Virus record (IMG/VR): IMGVR_UViG_3300035180_002703
Coordinates: 1-64,000 of that record
Source of the DNA: a virus
DNA: 64,000 nucleotides
Reading direction: 5' to 3' (one strand)
Shown: piece by piece, positions 46,779-53,689 of the stretch
How positions within the stretch are numbered: position 1 is the stretch's first letter
Layout of the letters: every line of letters begins with the position of its first letter
Made by a program: the position numbers and the translations under genes
The notes under the pieces: generated by a model
Seen by the model: only the letters and a program-made list of their open reading frames with translations
Database searches by the model: none
What the model was told of the DNA's origin: nothing

Positions 46779-46811
46779 CTGCATAAGTCGGCACCTTCGG
46801 GGCCGCGGCAG
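46779..46811 (+). promoter_or_regulatory. Leader motif A copy 6
   Basis: CTGC-ATAAGT-CGGC-A-CC(TTCG)GG-GCCG-CG-GCAG directly after hammerhead 2. Confidence 0.8.
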
Positions 46812-46824
46812 GTTGGAGGTAGAT

Positions 46825-47133
46825 ATGACGTCGCAGGAGGAGTCTCGGGTGCGCCGTGTTCTGTCGGATTTATACTATGCTAGCAGTGAGGGGGAAGGAC
46901 TGGCGAAGCAGTGGGAAGAGTGGGCACATGAGGCCGAAACTAATCAGAACAAGTGGATATCTGCTGAAGCGAAGGCGAAGAAGGCAGAATACTGCAGGAA
47001 GATTGCGGGGGTTCATGCTATGACTGCGATGCATTTGGGCGGTATTGCGGATGCTATTGCGGGTGCTATCAACGCTGGTGCGCTTGACGCGCTGGAAGAC
47101 ATATTCGGCGCGGTTTACGGGGTTCGGGATTAG
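46825..47133 (+). CDS. Small helical early protein
   Basis: RBS GGAGGT. Confidence 0.65.
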   Translation: MTSQEESRVRRVLSDLYYASSEGEGLAKQWEEWAHEAETNQNKWISAEAKAKKAEYCRKIAGVHAMTAMHLGGIADAIAGAINAGALDALEDIFGAVYGVRD

Positions 47134-47150
47134 CTTTGGCGTTGTGCTAG

Positions 47151-47183
47151 GCGCATAAGTCGGCACCTATCGGGCCGCGGCGC
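47151..47183 (+). promoter_or_regulatory. Leader motif A copy 7
   Basis: GCGC-ATAAGT-CGGC-A-CC(TATC)GG-GCCG-CG-GCGC. Confidence 0.8.
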
Positions 47184-47199
47184 ATGGAGGGGCGAAGGA

Positions 47200-47454
47200 A
47201 TGTCTAAGGCGGAGCGGTTGCGGGGGCTAGTGTCGAAGTTGTACGAGATGGCGGATGGTGCGGGCGTTCGCGCGGCTTATAATCAAAGCTTGGCGAATAG
47301 GGAGCGGGAGTCTGAAGTGTGGGTTGCGCCGGAGTCGCGCGCGGCATTGGTCGCTATGTACCGGGCTCAAGCTGACGCTGCGGCGAATAGGAAGCTGGAG
47401 CTAGCATGGCTTGCTAATCAGGTCGAGCAGATACTGGATCAGGAGGGGGAATGA
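47200..47454 (+). CDS. Small helical early protein
   Basis: RBS; similar layout to neighbours. Confidence 0.65.
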   Translation: MSKAERLRGLVSKLYEMADGAGVRAAYNQSLANRERESEVWVAPESRAALVAMYRAQADAAANRKLELAWLANQVEQILDQEGE

Positions 47455-47753
47455 TGGATATCGAACTGCTTCGAGTGATCGTTCAGGAACTGCGGGCCCG
47501 GGCCGCGAAACTGCAGGAAGAGGCGGGCGCATGGGCGGAGGATATGCAGAACATGGAGGCGAAGGCCGAAGCGAGTCCGGCGTTTCGCGAGGAATACTTG
47601 GAGAGTGCACGCGTGTCGAAGATATTCGCTAATGCAGGAAAGGCGCACGCGAAAGAACTGTCGGAGTTGGCGGAGCTGATCGATTCTGCCACGAACGGTT
47701 TCGCGGGCAAGGCGTTGTGCACGGCAATCGAGAGCGCGGCGCGGGCGCGCTAG
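47451..47753 (+). CDS. Small helical early protein
   Basis: RBS AGGAGG; coiled-coil-like. Confidence 0.65.
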   Translation: MMDIELLRVIVQELRARAAKLQEEAGAWAEDMQNMEAKAEASPAFREEYLESARVSKIFANAGKAHAKELSELAELIDSATNGFAGKALCTAIESAARAR

Positions 47754-47766
47754 AAGGAGGGGAGCG

Positions 47767-48318
47767 ATGGATTTCGATAGGGTCGAAGGGGTTGCGTCGG
47801 AGTTGGAGTTCCGGGCGCGAGAGTATCGCAGACTCTCTCAGGAGGCCGCGGAGGCCGCGGAGAGGGCCGAGAAGTCGGACGGTTGGCAGACTCCTGAAGA
47901 CAAGGCGCGCGAGGTGGTTCTGCACAAGGCGCGCGCGGAGTTGTACACCATGCGGGCGAGTGAGATGGAGGATATGTCTCGGCGGTTGTACGACGCGTTG
48001 TATCCTGCCGAGGAGAAGGGCTGTCCGTCGTCGAAGAACTTCGACAGTCTCCGATTTGTCATGGCGGATATGTGGCATCGCGTGCAGGAATATCGCGATA
48101 ACTCGCCGGAAATGCTGGCAGTTATCGTTCGGGCGGAGCAGGCGGATTGTTGGAAGACTGCGGAGGCCAAGGCGCGCGGGTGTGCATACTACGGGGAGTA
48201 TGCGAAGGGATACAAGGACTGGGCGCGGGAGCTTGAGGATTTGGAATACGATTTGCGATATGGGCTGTTTCCTGAAGAGTACGAGCAGGAAGAGGAAGAG
48301 GAGAAGGAGGGGGAATAA
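47767..48318 (+). CDS. Helical early protein with acidic tail
   Basis: RBS AAGGAGG; ends EEYEQEEEEEKEGE. Confidence 0.65.
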   Translation: MDFDRVEGVASELEFRAREYRRLSQEAAEAAERAEKSDGWQTPEDKAREVVLHKARAELYTMRASEMEDMSRRLYDALYPAEEKGCPSSKNFDSLRFVMADMWHRVQEYRDNSPEMLAVIVRAEQADCWKTAEAKARGCAYYGEYAKGYKDWARELEDLEYDLRYGLFPEEYEQEEEEEKEGE

Positions 48319-48596
48319 TGGACGCGAATCTGTTTTCGAAGTTCGTCTGCATGGTCAACGACCGCAAGGATGGTAAGACGTTCGGCGCGGATTTGAGGCT
48401 CAGGCCGAGTGGTCGTTTTATCCTCGTCGCTGACGAAGTCGAAGTCGCGAAGGCGCTGGGGCGGGAATACTACGACTGCGACCCGCGGAGGACTGCCATT
48501 GTCGAGATCAGCGTTCGCGATGCGTTCGCGATGATGGCGCGTGACTGTGACGAAGAGACTCTTGCGCACTATGCCCGCGTGTTGGCGCGGGCATAG
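48318..48596 (+). CDS. Early protein (paralogue of 48612..48914)
   Basis: FGADLRLRPSGRFILV...ALGR...ETLAHYA. Confidence 0.65.
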   Translation: MDANLFSKFVCMVNDRKDGKTFGADLRLRPSGRFILVADEVEVAKALGREYYDCDPRRTAIVEISVRDAFAMMARDCDEETLAHYARVLARA

Positions 48597-48611
48597 GAAG
48601 GAGGCGGAGGA

Positions 48612-48914
48612 ATGTCTGCAAAGTCGCGTTCGACGGGGTACCGAGAAGAGCGGTCGGAACATGTCTGCGTTCTCAGTACGCTATCGTACCATAATCCGTT
48701 TGGGCCGGAATTGCGGATAATGCCAGATGGCAGGTTCTTCATGGTCGGAAACGCGGGCGAGATCGCTGACGCGTTGGGACGGGATACCTGCGAAGGCAGT
48801 CGGTGGGCTAGCGTCGTTGTGTCGATCACGGCGCGCGAGGCGTTCGAACTACTGACGCGCGAAGGTGATTCGGAAACGTTGTCGCGCTATGCGTTCGCGC
48901 TAGCTGGCATGTAG
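48612..48914 (+). CDS. Early protein (paralogue of 48318..48596)
   Basis: FGPELRIMPDGRFFMV...ALGR...ETLSRYA. Confidence 0.65.
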   Translation: MSAKSRSTGYREERSEHVCVLSTLSYHNPFGPELRIMPDGRFFMVGNAGEIADALGRDTCEGSRWASVVVSITAREAFELLTREGDSETLSRYAFALAGM

Positions 48915-48938
48915 GGAAACATACCAGGCAACGAACAC

Positions 48939-49021
48939 TTGACAAGTCTTTGCGGGCGTGATATAATATGTGTGTTGGTGAACGGGAGGGGCCGGTAAGT
49001 CGCCACTACGGGGCGCGCGGT
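48939..49021 (+). promoter_or_regulatory. sigma70 promoter plus leader motif A copy 8 (48991..49021)
   Basis: TTGACA-17-TATAAT; GCCG-GTAAGT-CGCC-A-C(TACG)G-GGCG-CG-CGGT. Confidence 0.85.
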
Positions 49022-49034
49022 TCGGAGGTGTTCG

Positions 49035-49418
49035 ATGGACGCGAAGGGGCTGGCGGTTCGTGTGAACGCGTTGCAGTGGCGAATCTGGAAGGGCGTCGGG
49101 GTCGAAGTGTCTTATGATGACGCTTACCGATTGCGAGGGGCGGCGGAGAGTCTGCGCCGGTGGTATCGCATGGAATACGGAAACGGGCGCGGTCAGGTAA
49201 CGCGCGATAAGTCTGGCAGGTCGGTTTTCGTCGATTGCGTTACGACTAAGGCGAAACCGGTTCCAGATCGTGAGGCGGTGGCGTTGCGTGAGGTTATGGA
49301 GGTATGCGCAAGGTGCGGTTTGGCATACCGAACGAGCCACGATTTCCGTGGTTCGGTCTTGTTCGTGTTCTCTCAGTCGGATACTACTGCGCATCCGAAG
49401 GCGGTCGCGTGCGAATGA
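49035..49418 (+). CDS. Early protein (paralogue of 51196..51570)
   Basis: DDAYRLRGAAESLRRWY..E.G...D.RG..L. Confidence 0.7.
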   Translation: MDAKGLAVRVNALQWRIWKGVGVEVSYDDAYRLRGAAESLRRWYRMEYGNGRGQVTRDKSGRSVFVDCVTTKAKPVPDREAVALREVMEVCARCGLAYRTSHDFRGSVLFVFSQSDTTAHPKAVACE

Positions 49419-49996
49419 GACCGCGAACCGATTGGGCGCAGATCGCGCCGAAACACTGGGACCGTGTCAGCGTCGGCATGGCGAACGCTGTGCTGCGCGT
49501 GGCGCGCGTGGTACATGGCGCGCGGAATGACCTCGAAACATGGATAACGTCAAGCGCCGTACCTGTGCGGGGCGAGTGGATGGGGGAGCATCCGAAGTTG
49601 GAGGATATCGCCGAAGGGCTTTCCGTTGTCGAGGATTTGCCGTTCGTGTCTCAGTATGATGGGCGATTCCACTACTACCAGGACATTCGAGAAGGGATTT
49701 TCTCGTGTCGCGTGTCCGAGCCCGTTCATGGCGGAGCTGTCGAAACGATCATAGAAACTGGTGCGGGTTGGTCCGCGCTTGCGGGGATGGTCGATTCCGA
49801 GGGGTTCTGCGAGGTTCGCGGAAACATGGAGAAGGCGGATTCCTACTGGTACGAGGCGTGGGCGGCGATAGGTTTGACGGCACCTATGGGGCCGGTTATG
49901 AAACATGGAGAGGGAGAGTGTCTGCGGTGGTTCAAGCGCGGATACGGGCATTATGCCGGGCCCATTCAGCTGTCGTTACTCTTGGAGGCGGTCTGA
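49415..49996 (+). CDS. Early protein, divergent 'RAW' family member ending in QLSLL
   Basis: MANAVLRVAR...YEAWAAIGL; ATGA-coupled to the previous gene. Confidence 0.6.
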   Translation: MRPRTDWAQIAPKHWDRVSVGMANAVLRVARVVHGARNDLETWITSSAVPVRGEWMGEHPKLEDIAEGLSVVEDLPFVSQYDGRFHYYQDIREGIFSCRVSEPVHGGAVETIIETGAGWSALAGMVDSEGFCEVRGNMEKADSYWYEAWAAIGLTAPMGPVMKHGEGECLRWFKRGYGHYAGPIQLSLLLEAV

Positions 49997-50023
49997 ACGG
50001 GAGCACGAAAGCCGGGGGGGGGC

Positions 50024-50112
50024 TTGACAAGCTCTGTCGAGTGTGATATAATATGTGTGCAGTTGGACGGGGGGCCGATAAGTCGCCATTGCCAGTCTGG
50101 CAGGCGCGCGGT
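50024..50112 (+). promoter_or_regulatory. sigma70 promoter plus leader motif A copy 9 (50074..50112)
   Basis: TTGACA-17-TATAAT; GCCG-ATAAGT-CGCC-A-T-TGCC(AGTCT)GGCA-GGCG-CG-CGGT. Confidence 0.85.
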
Positions 50113-50120
50113 TCGGAGGA

Positions 50121-50798
50121 ATGAAGATGGACGCGGAGCAGGTTTGGGCGGCGTTGCCGGTGCGTTTGAAGAATGTGGCGCTTGCCATGGCCCGTGAGTA
50201 TAATCACGGGTGGGCCGCGTCGTCTGCAGTACCGCCGGCGGGCGAATACTGGGAGTTTCCGGAGGAGGTCCCGTCGTTGGATCAGATCAAGGCGGGAACT
50301 CCTGAAGGACCGCGCGGGCGTGGTATCGCCGGCCCGTGCGTGTCGGGAGCTGACGGATTCTTGTACATTACTCATGGCTCGGCCACGGGCAGGCTGCTCA
50401 TTATCGTTCGGTATTCGGAGCAGGAGGGCGAGCGGTATACCGTGCGCATCGCTCGTCCGAACGGGAGGAACGCGCAGGGAACATACTGCGTGGATCAGCA
50501 GCAGTATGCCGGGAGCGCGGAGGCTACCGCGTGGGGCCCGCGGCATTTTGCCGCGTGGCATCGCGCGTGGGGAGTGCTTGGCCTTTCTCCGGCGTTCCCG
50601 GAACTCGCGCGAGAGTGGGAGTTCGACTTGACGGAGGAAGGAATCCCGAATGACGGGCGGTTGGAGTTTGCGACCGTTCACCTGCGGGCGGGAGCCCGTC
50701 CGCGGGCGGAGGACTTGTATGATTGTCTTCGCATCGCTGACGCAGTCTATGTTCACGGGGCGAACGGAGGAGTCGCCCGGATAGTTGCGCAGGACTGA
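50121..50798 (+). CDS. Early protein, 'AREYG...RAW' paralogue family
   Basis: VWAALP...AREY...WGPRHFAAWHRAWGVLGL..FP. Confidence 0.7.
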   Translation: MKMDAEQVWAALPVRLKNVALAMAREYNHGWAASSAVPPAGEYWEFPEEVPSLDQIKAGTPEGPRGRGIAGPCVSGADGFLYITHGSATGRLLIIVRYSEQEGERYTVRIARPNGRNAQGTYCVDQQQYAGSAEATAWGPRHFAAWHRAWGVLGLSPAFPELAREWEFDLTEEGIPNDGRLEFATVHLRAGARPRAEDLYDCLRIADAVYVHGANGGVARIVAQD

Positions 50799-50839
50799 TC
50801 GGCGGGAGCAGGTTCGGGCGCGTGCAGGTGCGGGCGAGG

Positions 50840-51080
50840 GGCGCAGAGTCTCTCGCTCGTGCTTGCGCGTGCTCGTGCGTGTCGGGCGCGTACGCGGGCG
50901 CATACGGTCGGGCGCGTGTTCGTGGTACCCGCGGGCGTTCGCGCGCGTCTCCGTCGATCCTGGCGCGATTATGGCGCATTCTGGCAGGGGCCCGGGCCGT
51001 CGTGCGTGCGTGCGTGCGTGTTCGCGTGCGTGCGTTCGCGTGTTGCCGTCTATGGTATCTGGCAATAGGCGAAACATACC
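50840..51080 (+). repeat. Dispersed intergenic repeat with (GTGC)n microsatellite, copy 1
   Basis: Near-identical blocks at 52290..52705, including TCTGGCAATAGGCGAAACATAC before the -35. Confidence 0.75.
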
Positions 51081-51102
51081 GGGATAATCTTTCGGGCAGG
51101 GC

Positions 51103-51182
51103 TTGACAGGTTCGGCGGCGCATGGTAGTATATATGCATAACTACCGATAAGTCGTCACTACCGAGAGGCAGGGCGCGCGGT
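51103..51182 (+). promoter_or_regulatory. sigma70 promoter plus leader motif A copy 10 (51144..51182)
   Basis: TTGACA-17-TAGTAT; ACCG-ATAAGT-CGTC-A-hairpin(GAGA)-GGCG-CG-CGGT. Confidence 0.8.
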
Positions 51183-51195
51183 GCGGAGGGGTGAC

Positions 51196-51570
51196 ATGGA
51201 CGCATACGATAAGACCGAACTCGTTCGGTTGCGGATTCTCGCCGGGTGCGGTGTCAAGCTTGCCTTTGATGATGCGCAGACTCTGCGCCGGGCCGCGCGA
51301 ACGCTTCGCCGCTGGTACGAGGCGGAATGTGGGGATGCATCGGGCGTCGTTTTCCGCGGGCCGGGCGGTAAGCCGTTCCGCGAGTCTTATACGGGCGCGT
51401 CTGTTCCCGTACGCGATATGGAGTCTGGCGCGGTCCGCCGCGTGCAGGAGGTTTGTACGCGGTATGGGCTAAGCTATAAGCTGAACACGGACCCGCGCGG
51501 CGGCGTGCTATATGTTACGTCTCCCGCGTTGTCGTTAGATTATTCGTTCGGTGTGCCCGTCGACGTTTGA
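51196..51570 (+). CDS. Early protein (paralogue of 49035..49418)
   Basis: DDAQTLRRAARTLRRWYEAECG...DPRG..LY. Confidence 0.7.
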   Translation: MDAYDKTELVRLRILAGCGVKLAFDDAQTLRRAARTLRRWYEAECGDASGVVFRGPGGKPFRESYTGASVPVRDMESGAVRRVQEVCTRYGLSYKLNTDPRGGVLYVTSPALSLDYSFGVPVDV

Positions 51571-51602
51571 TGGGGCGCAGGTTCGGGCGGGGTGCTGGTA
51601 GT

Positions 51603-51640
51603 CGCCGGTAAGGCGCTAACGCGAAGGCGGGCGCGCGGCG
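51603..51640 (+). promoter_or_regulatory. Leader motif A copy 11
   Basis: CGCCG-GTAAGG-CGCT-A-A-CGC(GAAG)GCG-GGCG-CG-CGGCG, then AGGAGG. Confidence 0.8.
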
Positions 51641-51653
51641 CAGGAGGGATTCG

Positions 51654-52058
51654 ATGGATTCTCATGAGGTGTGGGCGGCGCTTCCGGAGCATGTGCGCGA
51701 AGTGGCGCAACGCATCGCGCGCGAATACGGGCCGAATGTCTCTCTTTCCGAGTCGGCGTTCGAGTGTTGCGGCGGGTTGTGTTGGGGATACCGCGGGTAT
51801 GACGGGGCCCGATTCTATATCGCGATACTCTGGACCGAGGATAGGGGGTTGCGGTGCTTCGTTGGGGTCGACGGATACCTGCCGCATATCGCATATGGTT
51901 CGTGTTCGCTGACGGACGGGAAACTGCTTGAGCATCATGCAGACTCGGGAGAGTGGCAGGACCGTCACTATGCGGCGTGGCGTCGCGCGTGGGGCGCAGT
52001 CGGGTTGTCTGTGCCGTTTCCGGGAGCGGCGCAGGAGGTTCGCTATGATTGTCTGTGA
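51654..52058 (+). CDS. Early protein, 'AREYG...RAW' paralogue family
   Basis: VWAALP...IAREYG...RHYAAWRRAWGAVGL..PFP. Confidence 0.7.
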   Translation: MDSHEVWAALPEHVREVAQRIAREYGPNVSLSESAFECCGGLCWGYRGYDGARFYIAILWTEDRGLRCFVGVDGYLPHIAYGSCSLTDGKLLEHHADSGEWQDRHYAAWRRAWGAVGLSVPFPGAAQEVRYDCL

Positions 52059-52254
52059 TTATCACTCCAAGGGCCGGGGCGCGTCGTTCTCCGGGTCTCG
52101 GGTGACTATTCGGACCGCTTCAGGCAGTGTAGTCGACGTTATCTACGTGCCGTCATGGTACGGTTTGAGGTACCTGCGGCAGCATCCGTCTGGTACATAC
52201 GGGCGCAGGTTCTCGGCGGCGTGCGCGCGGGCCCGGGAGTTGGATCAGGGCTAA
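52045..52254 (+). CDS. Small hypothetical protein
   Basis: RBS AGGAGG; MIVCDYHSKGRG... Confidence 0.5.
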   Translation: MIVCDYHSKGRGASFSGSRVTIRTASGSVVDVIYVPSWYGLRYLRQHPSGTYGRRFSAACARARELDQG

Positions 52255-52289
52255 GCGCGGTTCTCGGCGGGCGCAGTAAGCGGGCGGGA

Positions 52290-52705
52290 GGCGCAGAGTC
52301 TCTCGCCCGTTCGCGTGCGTGCGTGCTCGTGCTCGTGCTCGTGCGTGCGTGCGTGTCGGGCGCGTACGCGGGCGCATACGGTCGGGCGCGTGTCGCAGGT
52401 ACCTGCGGGCGTTCGCGCGCGTCTCCGTCGATCCTGGAGCGGTTGCGGCGCATTCTGTCGCGGTGGTAGTCTGTCGGCGGCGTGTTCGCGTGTCGGTCGT
52501 TCGCGCGTGCGTGTTCGCGTGCACTACCTGCCGGGCGCGGTGGTAGTCTACCTGCCGGCGGCGCGGGCTGGATCGGGCGGCGCAGGTACCACGGCGGGCG
52601 CGTCGTGCTCGTGCTCGTGCGTGCGTATGCGTGCGTGCGTATGCGTGCGCGTGCGTGTTCGCGTGCGCGTTGCCGGGGGGTTGTCTGGCAATAGGCGAAA
52701 CATAC
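52290..52705 (+). repeat. Dispersed intergenic repeat with (GTGC)n microsatellite, copy 2
   Basis: See 50840..51080. Confidence 0.75.
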
Positions 52706-52727
52706 TAAGTTTTTTTAGTCGCGGCTA

Positions 52728-52806
52728 TTGACTCGGCGCGCGCGGCGTGGTATTATCTATGCATAACAACCGGTAAGGCGCTATCGCAAAGGCGAGGCGC
52801 GCGGTT
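52728..52806 (+). promoter_or_regulatory. sigma70 promoter plus leader motif A copy 12 (52768..52806)
   Basis: TTGACT-17-TATTAT; AACCG-GTAAGG-CGCT-A-TCGC(AAAG)GCGA-GGCG-CG-CGGTT. Confidence 0.8.
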
Positions 52807-52813
52807 CGGAGGA

Positions 52814-53203
52814 ATGAAAATGGACGCTCTGCAGCAGGTTCGCGAAGCATGGGCCGGTCTGCCGTACCTGGTGAAGGCGCGCGCGGGCGCGGTGGCGGCA
52901 GTGTTCAACGTCGACGAGCCTTCTGACTATGCGTTTGTCGGTTCAGACGGTGCCTATGGCTGGTCGTGTGCGGTAGTTCCGAGCGGGCTTTCTGTTCTCA
53001 TTCGTTCCCGGGCGTCCGGTATGCTCCTGGTCGTTACTGTGTACAACGAGGAAGGGCAGGCTATCACGGCGTCGATCGGAGAGGACATGTTCGAAACTAC
53101 AACGATCGGTACGGAGTGGGGGCCGCGGCAAGCGGCGCTTTGGAATCAGGTTTGGGCGGTTCTCGGATACCGTATGCCGTTTCCTGTTCCCGTGAAGTGC
53201 TAG
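52814..53203 (+). CDS. Early protein, 'RAW' paralogue family
   Basis: AWAGLP...WGPRQAALWNQVWAVLGYRMPFP. Confidence 0.7.
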   Translation: MKMDALQQVREAWAGLPYLVKARAGAVAAVFNVDEPSDYAFVGSDGAYGWSCAVVPSGLSVLIRSRASGMLLVVTVYNEEGQAITASIGEDMFETTTIGTEWGPRQAALWNQVWAVLGYRMPFPVPVKC

Positions 53204-53249
53204 GCGTGCAAGGGCCGGGCGGGGCGCAAGCTCCGCTCGGCTTGCAGGT

Positions 53250-53289
53250 CGCCGGTAAGTCGCTAACGCCGGAAGGCGGGCGCGCGGCG
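53250..53289 (+). promoter_or_regulatory. Leader motif A copy 13
   Basis: CGCCG-GTAAGT-CGCT-A-A-CGCC(GGAA)GGCG-GGCG-CG-CGGCG, then AGGAGG. Confidence 0.8.
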
Positions 53290-53302
53290 CAGGAGGAATG
53301 AC

Positions 53303-53482
53303 ATGGCCGGTTTCGTTGTCTGCTACATGCCGTCGGCGCAGTCGGCAGGTTCGGCGGAGCAGGTTCGGCGCGTGCAGGTTCGCGCGCAGGATACCCGGGC
53401 GCAGGACCGGGCGCGGGCGGTGCAGCGGGCGCAGGCGCGGCGTGCGAAGCTCTTCGAGCGGGCCGCCGAGTCTGTCGAGTAG
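53303..53482 (+). CDS. Small basic protein (59 aa), absent from the ORF track
   Basis: RBS AGGAGG at normal spacing; MAGFVVCYMPSAQ...RRAKLFERAAESVE. Confidence 0.5.
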   Translation: MAGFVVCYMPSAQSAGSAEQVRRVQVRAQDTRAQDRARAVQRAQARRAKLFERAAESVE

Positions 53483-53689
53483 TTCGGCAGGGCGGGAGGT
53501 TTCGACGGCGCAGGGGCTTGCCGTCGAAGATCGGGCGGGGCGCGCGAACGCTCCGCCCATTCTTTCGCGTGTCGTACATAGGCGGGCGCGTGTCGCAGGT
53601 ACCTGCGGGCGGTTCCGTGCGTCTCCGGGCATCCTGGAGCGGTTGCGGGGCGTTCTAGCGGGCGCGTTCGCGTGCAGTCTGCAGGATAG

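Noticed and set aside
31788-53289. Motif A as a twister or pistol ribozyme or as an intrinsic terminator
   Set aside because: Shares only UAA/UAAG; lacks the required pseudoknots and has no U-tract
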